64,000 nucleotides of DNA from Verrucomicrobiia bacterium (lineage in GTDB: Bacteria > Verrucomicrobiota > Verrucomicrobiia > Limisphaerales > JADLHS01), in the NCBI GenBank assembly GCA_036274115.1, contig DASUGI010000100.1:41953-105952 (forward strand). Direction: 5' to 3'. The position numbers were made by a program, and so were the translations under genes. The stretch's first letter is position 1. The number at the start of each line of letters is the position of its first letter. Below the pieces are notes generated by a model. That model was not told where the DNA came from. It worked only from the letters and a program-made list of their open reading frames with translations, and searched no databases. This document shows, one piece after another, positions 55,008-63,214 of the stretch.

Positions 55008-56197
55008 ACAATGAGCATAGCGTCGCCATAGCTGAAAAAGCGATAGCGTTCGCGAATGGCTTCGGTGTATGCGTTGAGGATCGTTTCCCGACCACTAAGT
55101 TGCTCCGGCGATGCAAAGGCGCTGACCAGCATCAACAGGGTAGAGCAGGGGAGATGGAAGTTGGTGAGCAAGGCGTCCACAATTTTGAATTCGTATGGTG
55201 GGTGAATAAAGATGCGCGTGCGGCCCGGGCCGGATTGAACTTTCCAACGAGCCGGACCGGAGGCCGGCGCTCCCGCGGACTCAAGAGCGCTTTCCAGGAC
55301 GCGCACGCTGGTGGTGCCGACTGCAATCACGCGACGGTTCGATGCTTTGGCTGCGTTCACTGCGTTTGCGACGGTCTCGCTGACTTCATAGCGTTCTTCA
55401 TGCATCACGTGATCAGCGAGGGTTTGGGCTTTGACCGGTGCGAACGTTCCCAAACCAACGTGAAGAGTTACGAAATGAATCTCGACGCCGCGCGAGCGAA
55501 GTTGCTGCAGCAGTTCGGGAGTGAAATGAAGTCCGGCGGTGGGCGCAGCGACGGAACCCGGAGGTTCGGCAAAGACGGTTTGGTAACGATCCTCATCAGA
55601 TGGAGCGCCGATCTCCCGATCGGCTTGCTGTAGCGGACGATTTTCTGATTCGAGCCGATCGGGAGATCGGCGTTCCGCATCGGAGTTGGTCGTGGCGGCC
55701 GGCGTTCCGGCGTTGCGACGAATGTAGGGCGGGAGCGGAATTTCTCCAAGAGTGCCGAGGTCGGAGAGAATGTTCGCAGTGCCGGAGAATTGCAGGCGGC
55801 GATGGCCCTCCGCGTTGGTGGCGGTGACGGTGGCCTGGATATTTCCGATTTCCGATTTCCGATTTCCGATTTGAATTTGGGTGCCGACGCGGGCGCGCTT
55901 GCCGGGCTTTATCATGGCCCACCAGTCGTTCGGGGCGTTTTCTTCGAGCAACAGAAGCTCAAACGCGCCGCCGGTTTTCACATTTACTCCGCGCAACCTG
56001 GCGCGAATCACGCGTGAGTTGTTGAGCACGAGCACGTCGCCTGGTTGGAAGTAGTCCAGCACATCTCGAAATTGCCGATGCTCCACCCGCTTTTCGAGGC
56101 GATGCAGCACCAGCAGTCGCGCCTGGTCGCGTTTTGCAGCCGGGTGCTGGGCGATCAATTCAGGCGGCAGTTCAAAGTGAAAATCAGCGGTGCGCAT
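55004..56197 (-). CDS. queA: S-adenosylmethionine:tRNA ribosyltransferase-isomerase
   Basis: MRTADFHFELPPELIAQHP, IPLPPYI, YQTVFA..PGSVAAPTAGLHFT and SYGDAMLI. Two repeat-derived in-frame insertions. Start ATG at 56197. Confidence 0.9.
   Translation of the reverse strand: MRTADFHFELPPELIAQHPAAKRDQARLLVLHRLEKRVEHRQFRDVLDYFQPGDVLVLNNSRVIRARLRGVNVKTGGAFELLLLEENAPNDWWAMIKPGKRARVGTQIQIGNRKSEIGNIQATVTATNAEGHRRLQFSGTANILSDLGTLGEIPLPPYIRRNAGTPAATTNSDAERRSPDRLESENRPLQQADREIGAPSDEDRYQTVFAEPPGSVAAPTAGLHFTPELLQQLRSRGVEIHFVTLHVGLGTFAPVKAQTLADHVMHEERYEVSETVANAVNAAKASNRRVIAVGTTSVRVLESALESAGAPASGPARWKVQSGPGRTRIFIHPPYEFKIVDALLTNFHLPCSTLLMLVSAFASPEQLSGRETILNAYTEAIRERYRFFSYGDAMLIV
55602..55677. repeat. Palindromic REP pair inside queA
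   Basis: GGAGCGCCGATCTCCCGATCGGC (55602-55624) faces GCCGATCGGGAGATCGGCGTTCC (55655-55677). Translated in-frame as ...ERRSPDRLESENRPLQQADREIGAP.... Confidence 0.7.
55841..55872. repeat. ATTTCCG heptamer tandem array (4.5 units) inside queA
   Basis: ATTTCCG x4 then ATTT. Translated on the minus strand as IGNRKSEIGNI. Confidence 0.75.
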
Positions 56198-56478
56198 CAA
56201 CTCGAAACAGGTTAGCGACGGCGCTGCACTTGCCCAGCGTGTTTTGACCTCAATCCAGAGTGGTGTCGTTGAGCAAGCCACCACAGGTGGGGCTCTGAAT
56301 TGAAAGCCGCTCTTGCCTCCGCGACAACAATTCACACGCAGCTCATCAACTTGTGAATAACTCGCAAATAAAACTCCGGGAATGCTGTTGACACAAAATG
56401 GAGAACGGTGTTTAACAGTGGCGTGGCGTGGGGCAAAATGTGGCAAGTTGGGGCGCTTGGACGGGCCGTGTGAATAAA

Positions 56479-56940
56479 GTGGCGACCGATGTTCCAATTT
56501 CACCGATTTACAACTCTGTGTACCGGCATGGAGTGGATGAGAAGCGGCGTATTCAGATTCCATCCATGTGGCGGGCGAAGGACGCGAAGGTGCAGTTCAC
56601 TTTGATCGTTTGGCCGCAGCGCTCGGAGGGACCGTGTTTGCGCGTGTTGCCTCCGAAGGAAATGGCGGAGTTGATGGCGTCACTCGATGCGATGCCGAAC
56701 GATGATCGGAACAAGACGATTTTGAAACGCATCATCGGCGCGGAGTCGACGCAGGTGGCTTTGGATGGTGCGGGAAGAATTTGTGTGCCGGAAGAAATGG
56801 CGCGAGCGGCGAACATCGAGAGCGAGGCAGTGCTCGTTGGATTGCTTGATCGTTTTGAGATTTGGGATCCGGCGCGGTACGAGAAGGTGAAAGCCGCGGA
56901 TGCGGTGTTGGCGCAGGAAGCATTCAAACTTATGGAATGA
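56479..56940 (+). CDS. mraZ: Transcriptional regulator MraZ
   Basis: Two SpoVT/AbrB-like halves (VDEKRRIQIPSMWR and LDGAGRICVPEEMAR). The start is uncertain (GTG at 56479, 56470 or 56428). Confidence 0.85.
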   Translation: MATDVPISPIYNSVYRHGVDEKRRIQIPSMWRAKDAKVQFTLIVWPQRSEGPCLRVLPPKEMAELMASLDAMPNDDRNKTILKRIIGAESTQVALDGAGRICVPEEMARAANIESEAVLVGLLDRFEIWDPARYEKVKAADAVLAQEAFKLME

Positions 56941-57437
56941 AAATGAAATTTGCACGACTACTGGCCTCAGGAAAAAGCATGGTGAGTGGAAGCGTCTCTG
57001 GGCGTTACCAGATGCGCGACCATGTCCGGTTGCCGCAATTCATTTCGCCAAAAAATCCCTTTGCGGCGGAAGCAACGGCGGAAGAATCCACGTCTCAGGC
57101 AGCGACGTTGGAGGAGCGGGGCGCCGTTGTTTCCGTCGTTACGCTGAAACAAAGAATCGCCGCGGTTTTGTCCCGGGCGGGAGAGGTCTTAAAGCGAGCG
57201 GCGCTGTGGTGTTTGGATCATAATCCCTTTTCGGCGATCGGCCGGCCGCAGTTGCCGTCGATTCCCCGATTCGGAAAACAGCCGGTGCAAGGTGAGCTTT
57301 CGTTGGACAAGGTCAAAGTAGTGCGCCCCGATCTGACGCATGCGGACCTCGAAGTGGTGCGGAACGAAACGCGTCCGGGTGCCGCGTGGCAAAGTCTGGC
57401 GTCGCGCGTGTTCGGCGGTGGGACTCGGGCAAACTGA
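56937..57437 (+). CDS. Hypothetical protein between mraZ and rsmH (166 aa)
   Basis: The ATG overlaps the mraZ stop (ATGA). No family recognised. Confidence 0.45.
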   Translation: MKMKFARLLASGKSMVSGSVSGRYQMRDHVRLPQFISPKNPFAAEATAEESTSQAATLEERGAVVSVVTLKQRIAAVLSRAGEVLKRAALWCLDHNPFSAIGRPQLPSIPRFGKQPVQGELSLDKVKVVRPDLTHADLEVVRNETRPGAAWQSLASRVFGGGTRAN

Positions 57438-57451
57438 GGAGTGCATGCGCA

Positions 57452-58378
57452 GTGCCCGACTTCGTCCACAAGCCGGTGATGAGGGCGGAGGTGTTGGACG
57501 CGCTGAAGCCGAAGCCGGGCGGGCATTACGTGGACGGGACCATCGGACGAGCGGGTCACGCAGTGGCGGTGTTGGCCGCGAGTTCGCCGACTGGATGGCT
57601 TTATGGTTGCGATCGCGATGGCGACGCGGTGGAGGCGGCGCGAGCTCGGCTCGCTGAGTTCGCGGGGCGGTTTGAAATCCGGCGCGGGAACTTTGACGAG
57701 TTGAGTGAATGGATACCGCCCGCGAGTTGCAATGGGGTGTTGTTGGATTTGGGGGTGAGTTCGCCGCAGTTAGACGTGGCGGAGCGCGGATTCAGTTTTC
57801 AGAACGACGGTCCGCTCGACATGCGAATGGATCAACGGCAGCCGCAAACGGCGGCGGATGTGGTGAACACGGCCAGCGCGGATGAGCTGGCGAGGATTTT
57901 TTGGGAATACGGTGACGAGCGCGAGTCGAGGCGGTTTGCGAAGGCGATGGTGCATGACCGGCTGCAAACGCCGTTCAAGACGACGCGGCAGTTGGCGGAG
58001 TTGATTGAGCGCTTGTCGCCACGGCAGGGACGGAAGACGCATCCGGCGACGCGGGTGTTTCAAGCGTTGCGGATCGCGGTGAACGACGAGATGGGATCGC
58101 TGGAGCGGGGATTGGAAGGGGCGTTAAAGATTTTGAAACCAGGCGGGCGACTGGCGGTGATTACGTTTCATTCGTTGGAAGACCGTTTGGTGAAGCATTT
58201 CGGGCGTGCGCGTGCGCGGGATTACACGTTTGCAGGGACCGACGTGCCCGAGCTCCGAGTTCCGCGCGCGCCCGACCTGCGACTGGTGAATCGCAAGGCG
58301 ATTGTGCCCAGCGAAGCGGAGCTGGCGGCGAACCCGCGAAGTCGCAGCGCGCAGTTGCGAGTGATGGAGAAGCTTTGA
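57452..58378 (+). CDS. rsmH: 16S rRNA (cytosine1402-N4)-methyltransferase
   Basis: HKPVM..EVL, DGT.G.AGH, DLGVSSPQLD and ITFHSLEDR. GTG start at 57452. Confidence 0.92.
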   Translation: MPDFVHKPVMRAEVLDALKPKPGGHYVDGTIGRAGHAVAVLAASSPTGWLYGCDRDGDAVEAARARLAEFAGRFEIRRGNFDELSEWIPPASCNGVLLDLGVSSPQLDVAERGFSFQNDGPLDMRMDQRQPQTAADVVNTASADELARIFWEYGDERESRRFAKAMVHDRLQTPFKTTRQLAELIERLSPRQGRKTHPATRVFQALRIAVNDEMGSLERGLEGALKILKPGGRLAVITFHSLEDRLVKHFGRARARDYTFAGTDVPELRVPRAPDLRLVNRKAIVPSEAELAANPRSRSAQLRVMEKL

Positions 58379-58762
58379 ATGGCAAAGAACCGCAAGAATG
58401 AATCGGTGGCAGTCCGGTTTGGGCCGGCGCTGAAGGCCTTTCTCACGTGTCTGCTGATTGGGGGGGCGGCCGTGGGCTATGTCTGGCAAAAGAGCCAGAT
58501 TGATGAGTTGGGACGCCAGGTCACGAAACGGGAGCAGCAACTGCGTGAGTTGAACATTCAAAACAAGAAGTTACGCGGTCACCTTGCGACCCTGCGGTCC
58601 CCGGCCCAACTGACCGAGCGGTTGCAGAAGTTGAAGCTGGGTCTGGTGATGCCGCAGCCCAACCAGGTGTATCAGCTTCCCGAACCGGTAAACCGGTCGG
58701 TGGCTGAAAGTGTGCCGGCAAACGCCAGCCCGGCAGCGCGGGCGGGATTGGCCATGCATTGA
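58379..58762 (+). CDS. ftsL: FtsL-like cell-division protein
   Basis: 127 aa with one TM helix (LKAFLTCLLIGGAAVGYVW) followed by a coiled coil. The position between rsmH and ftsI fits ftsL. Confidence 0.7.
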   Translation: MAKNRKNESVAVRFGPALKAFLTCLLIGGAAVGYVWQKSQIDELGRQVTKREQQLRELNIQNKKLRGHLATLRSPAQLTERLQKLKLGLVMPQPNQVYQLPEPVNRSVAESVPANASPAARAGLAMH

Positions 58763-58767
58763 TTTTC

Positions 58768-58931
58768 GCCGCCGCCCGTGTCGCGGTCGTGAGGAACCGA
58801 CCAGCGCGGGCGGCAGGCGGAATACCGGAAGAAACCAAACGCGGACTGGGTCCGTGATGGCGAGTGGAATAAAATTTTAGCCACCGCCCGTGACGCTGTC
58901 GGATGAGGAACCGATCGCCATGGGCGGCTGG
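58768..58931. mobile_element. MITE-like 164-bp insertion flanked by the 8-bp direct repeat TGATTTTC
   Basis: TGATTTTC occurs at 58760-58767 and 58932-58939. The element carries two ~45-nt hairpins (58771-58814 and 58883-58928) with a conserved TGAGGAAC loop. Confidence 0.5.
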
Positions 58932-58942
58932 TGATTTTCAAA

Positions 58943-60856
58943 ATGGCAAAGCGACTGCAATTTCGGCGACTGTTGTTTCTAACCGCGCTCTTGAGCGGGG
59001 CCTTTGCTTTGCTGGCCTTCCGGATGGTGGACTTGCAAGTGGTGCGGCATGAGGAGTTTCGAGTCAGGGCGCAGCGGAATACGGAGTGGCGCATTCGCAT
59101 TCCGCCACTTCGCGGGGATATTTTGGACGCGCGCGGGAATCTGCTGGCTTCCAGCCGCGTGGTCAAAACCGTGTGCGCCGACCCTTCGTTGGTTGGCAAT
59201 CGTCAGGCGGAAGTGGCCCGGGCGATTGCACCTCTGCTCGAACTGAAGGAGACGGAGGTTTACGAAAAGCTGTTGCCCCGGACCTTCACCAACGGCGCCG
59301 GGAAAGTCGTGGTCGACCAATATGTGGTGCTCAAGAACAAGGTTCCAATCGAGACCTGGGCGAAAGTGCGGGCGGCGATGACAAATCTCATTTTCGGGGT
59401 GGATGAAAAGAAACTCCCGAGCAAGGAGCGCACGTATTATAACGGGATTCGTAATTCCGTCTTTGCCGACCCGGTAAATGACCAGGTGCGCGTTTATCCA
59501 CAAGGTTCGCTCGCGGCACATGTGCTGGGGTTTGTGGGCCGGGATGGAGACACCAATTCCATCAATTTTGGCCAGCTCGCCGGAATGGATGGAATCGAGC
59601 GGACGTACAACGACGGGCTCTCCGGGGTGCCCGGTTGGCGGGTGACCGAAACGGATAAAAGGAAGGCTGAAGTACTCGCCTTGCGTGATCAGGACGTGCC
59701 CGCCAAAGACGGGTTAAACGTGGTGCTGACCATTGACTCGGTGGTGCAACACATCCTGGAAACGGTGCTGGCCGAAGGGTTGCAAAAGAGTTCGCCGGAA
59801 AATATCTCCGGAATCATCATTCGCCCGCGCACGGGTGAAATCCTGGCAATGGCGTCGTTGCCGAGCTTTGACCCAAACCAGGTGCCCCGCGATCCCGAGC
59901 TGCGCCGCAACCGGATCATCACCGACGTGGATGAACCCGGCTCGACGTTCAAAATTGTCGTTGTTTCCGGAGCACTGAACGATGGCACCGTGAGTCTCAA
60001 GGATGTGTTCTATTGCGAGCGAGGCAAATTCTGGTTTGCGGGTCGTCCGCTCCACGACCATGACGGCGGTTACGAGAATCTTACGGTTGAGGGCATCATC
60101 ACCAAGTCATCCAACATTGGCTCGGCGAAAATCGGCATCAAGATGGGGGAGAAGCGGCTGTACGAGTACCTGTGCGAGTATGGATTTGGAATGCCCACGG
60201 GGATTCAGTTGCCGAGTGAATCACGGGGCATTCTTCATCCGACGCGCAAATGGAGCAAGGTCAGCATCGCGCAGATTCCGATGGGTCAGGGCGTGGCGGT
60301 GACGCGCTTGCAGATGGTGATGGCGATGAGCGCCATTGCGAACAAGGGTTGGTTGATGCGGCCGATGCTGGTCAGCCGGTTGGTGGATCAGGAAGGCCAT
60401 GTGGTGGCCGAGTACCAGCCTCAAAGCGTGCGACAAGTTGTCAGCGAAACGACGGCACGGCAGATGGTGCAAACCCTGAAGACCGTCGTGACTTCCGATG
60501 GTACCGCGACGAAAGCCGCGTTGACCAACTATGTAGTCGCGGGGAAGACCGGGACGGCGCAGAAGGCCGGTCGTGGCGGGTACTTGCCTGGGAAATACGT
60601 CTCCTCATTCATTGGCTTTTTCCCGGCGGACAATCCAGAAGTTTGCATCTCGATAGTTTTGGATGAACCGAAGGGCGGGTACTACGGCGGACAAGTAGCC
60701 GCACCGATATTCCACAAAGTGGCGGAGAGCGTTGCCAACTACCTCAACATCCGTCCGGATGTTGAGAATACTTCGTTGCAACCGGCCAAGCCGACGAATG
60801 AATTGCCTGCAGTGCGCACGGCTAAAACGGTCGTTGCGAAAACCCGAACCCCATAA
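58943..60856 (+). CDS. ftsI: Peptidoglycan D,D-transpeptidase FtsI (class B PBP)
   Basis: TM anchor, PBP dimerisation region and transpeptidase motifs STFK, SSN and KTGTA. ATG at 58943 preferred over the GTG at 58931, which lies in the duplicated target site. Confidence 0.9.
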   Translation: MAKRLQFRRLLFLTALLSGAFALLAFRMVDLQVVRHEEFRVRAQRNTEWRIRIPPLRGDILDARGNLLASSRVVKTVCADPSLVGNRQAEVARAIAPLLELKETEVYEKLLPRTFTNGAGKVVVDQYVVLKNKVPIETWAKVRAAMTNLIFGVDEKKLPSKERTYYNGIRNSVFADPVNDQVRVYPQGSLAAHVLGFVGRDGDTNSINFGQLAGMDGIERTYNDGLSGVPGWRVTETDKRKAEVLALRDQDVPAKDGLNVVLTIDSVVQHILETVLAEGLQKSSPENISGIIIRPRTGEILAMASLPSFDPNQVPRDPELRRNRIITDVDEPGSTFKIVVVSGALNDGTVSLKDVFYCERGKFWFAGRPLHDHDGGYENLTVEGIITKSSNIGSAKIGIKMGEKRLYEYLCEYGFGMPTGIQLPSESRGILHPTRKWSKVSIAQIPMGQGVAVTRLQMVMAMSAIANKGWLMRPMLVSRLVDQEGHVVAEYQPQSVRQVVSETTARQMVQTLKTVVTSDGTATKAALTNYVVAGKTGTAQKAGRGGYLPGKYVSSFIGFFPADNPEVCISIVLDEPKGGYYGGQVAAPIFHKVAESVANYLNIRPDVENTSLQPAKPTNELPAVRTAKTVVAKTRTP

Positions 60857-61066
60857 CCCTATGAACCCACATGGTATCTCCCATCGGTTGTTCGTGGCAG
60901 CATTGACGCAGGAGGGTCCGTCGCGCAAGCGCTCGTCTCCATTGCGAGGCGACGGCGCACGCAGCACGGTGAGAATTCGCTCGAAGCGATCCGCTCGACC
61001 GGTCGACGCGATCGCGGCGCGGCGGTTGCCGGAATGGTCGTGGAGCGGATGGCAGTATACGATGAC

Positions 61067-61807
61067 ATGAACGGAGCGGGCAAACCACATTTGCTGGGGA
61101 TGGTGGCCGGGTTGTTTCTGGCCGCGGGCCTGGTTTTGTCCGCGTGCGTGGCGACGACGGCGTGGTTCAAGGTGAAGACGGCGCAGTCCATCACGGTCAA
61201 GGGTTCGGCCAGGAAGAACGTCCGCGCGGACCTGATGGTGTGGAAAGGATCGTTCACGACGCAGGCCGCACGGTTGTTGGACGCACAACAGCAGTTGAAA
61301 AGTGATGCCGACAAGGTTGGTGAGTTCATTGCCAGCCGCAGCCTGACGAACGTCGCGTTTACGCCGATTAACATCGAAGAGATCAAAGGCAGCCTGACGG
61401 ACAGCAATGGTTTAACGCAGCCGCAGATCCTTGGTTACCGGCTTACCCGGGCCGTGCGAGTCGAATCGCCGGACGTGGATTTAGTGGCTTTGTTGGACCG
61501 CGATGCGGTGGCGCTGGTGCAACGAGGGGTGCTCTTTACCACGCAGACACCGGAGTTCATTTACACCAAAGCGGGCGAGGCAAAAGTTGAGATGCTCGCG
61601 GAGGCAACGAAAGATGCGCGGGCCCGCGCGGAACAAATTGCGACGCAGGGCGGGCGCGGGATTGGCGGACTGCAAACGGCGGATATGGGCGTGATTCAGA
61701 TTGCGCCCATTTACAGCGGGCAAACCAGTTGGGAGGGGATGAACGATACATCCTCGCTGGACAAAACCATCACGGCCGTGGTGACGGCCACCTTTGCGTT
61801 AAAGTGA
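61067..61807 (+). CDS. SIMPL/DUF541-like membrane-anchored protein
   Basis: TM anchor, then I.V.G.A...V.AD......F......A and a C-terminal ...TAVVTATFALK, as I recall for SIMPL-domain proteins. Confidence 0.6.
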   Translation: MNGAGKPHLLGMVAGLFLAAGLVLSACVATTAWFKVKTAQSITVKGSARKNVRADLMVWKGSFTTQAARLLDAQQQLKSDADKVGEFIASRSLTNVAFTPINIEEIKGSLTDSNGLTQPQILGYRLTRAVRVESPDVDLVALLDRDAVALVQRGVLFTTQTPEFIYTKAGEAKVEMLAEATKDARARAEQIATQGGRGIGGLQTADMGVIQIAPIYSGQTSWEGMNDTSSLDKTITAVVTATFALK

Positions 61808-61810
61808 AAA

Positions 61811-63208
61811 GTGGAAACCAGGGATTTGGCATTTGTGGTGTCGGCTTGCGGCGGCGAACTGATCAGGGGCTCGCTGGCGACGCCGTTCCAGCGCGTGAAC
61901 ACCGACTCGCGCTCGGCGCAAAGGGGGGATTTGTTCATCGCGCTGTCGGGCGAGCGATTCGAGGGACATGACTTCCTTGGCGAGGTGACGCAAAAGGGTG
62001 TCGCCGCAGTGGTGGTCGAGCGCGGACGCAAAATTGATCCTTTGCCCGCCTGTGCCGTCGTTCAGGTGGACAATACGCGAAAGGCGTTTGGCCAGCTGGC
62101 GAAGCGCTATCGAGAGGACTTTTCCCTGCCGATGATTGCGGTGGGTGGTTCGAACGGCAAGACGAGCACGAAAGAACTTATCGCGACCGTGTTGAAACAG
62201 AAATTCGCCGCTCTGTGGAGCGAGGCGAGTTTCAACAATGACGTCGGTGTGCCGGCGACTTTGTTGCGACTGGACAACTCGCATCAGGTGGCGGTGCTCG
62301 AGGTGGGAACGAATCATCCCGGCGAGCTGCAGCCGCTGCTGCAGATGATTCAGCCGCAATTGGGCGTGATCACGAACATCGGGCGCGAACATCTGGAATT
62401 TTTTGGCGACCTCAAGGGTGTGGTGGCGGAAGAGGGAATGCTGGCCGAAGTGCTGCCAACGAAGGGAACGTTGTTTCTGAACGGCGATAACGAGTGGACA
62501 AATGACTTGGCCGGCCGGAGTCGCGCGCAGGTGGTGCGCGTCGGGTTCGGGGAAGGCAATGATTGGCGCGCGCTGGATTTCAGATTGGAGCCGCAAGGGA
62601 TGACGTTTCGGGTCAAATCGCCGCGCGCGGAGTTCGATCGTCAGTATCGGATCAATTTGCTCGGTCGCCATCAGGTTGCGAACTCGTTGTTCGCGTTGGC
62701 AATCGGCGCGGAACTTGGATTGAAAGGTGATGAAATGGAACGAGGTCTTGCGGAATGTCAGCCGGCAAAGATGCGGCTGCAGGTTTGGGAATGGAGCGGC
62801 GTGCGCGTGCTGGATGATGCCTATAACGCCAATGCCGACTCCATGATCGCGGCATTGCAGGTGTTGCAGGAGTTGCCCTGCAAAGGCCGCCGGGTGGCGG
62901 TGCTGGGAGACATGGGCGAATTGGGTGAACACAGTGAAAGCGCGCATGCCGAAGTGGGTCGCCGCGCCGCCGAATTGGGCGTGGGCCAATTGATCGCGGT
63001 GGGCAAAATGGCCGGCGTGATGGCGGCGGCGGCGCGTCAGGCGGGATTGACTCGCGTGATTGAACTTGCCGAAGTGGAAGCCGCCGTGCCCGCGTTGAAA
63101 TCCTTCTTGAAAGCGGGTGACACGGTGTTGCTCAAGGCGTCACGCGCGTCGCGGTTGGAACGCATTACCCAGGCGCTGCGGGCGGGAGACCCTGGTAAGA
63201 AGAATTGA
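61811..63208 (+). CDS. murF: UDP-N-acetylmuramoyl-tripeptide--D-alanyl-D-alanine ligase
   Basis: TDSR...GDLFIAL.GERFEGHDF, GGSNGKTSTKE and DDAYNANADS. GTG start. Confidence 0.92.
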   Translation: METRDLAFVVSACGGELIRGSLATPFQRVNTDSRSAQRGDLFIALSGERFEGHDFLGEVTQKGVAAVVVERGRKIDPLPACAVVQVDNTRKAFGQLAKRYREDFSLPMIAVGGSNGKTSTKELIATVLKQKFAALWSEASFNNDVGVPATLLRLDNSHQVAVLEVGTNHPGELQPLLQMIQPQLGVITNIGREHLEFFGDLKGVVAEEGMLAEVLPTKGTLFLNGDNEWTNDLAGRSRAQVVRVGFGEGNDWRALDFRLEPQGMTFRVKSPRAEFDRQYRINLLGRHQVANSLFALAIGAELGLKGDEMERGLAECQPAKMRLQVWEWSGVRVLDDAYNANADSMIAALQVLQELPCKGRRVAVLGDMGELGEHSESAHAEVGRRAAELGVGQLIAVGKMAGVMAAAARQAGLTRVIELAEVEAAVPALKSFLKAGDTVLLKASRASRLERITQALRAGDPGKKN

Positions 63209-63214
63209 AATTGA

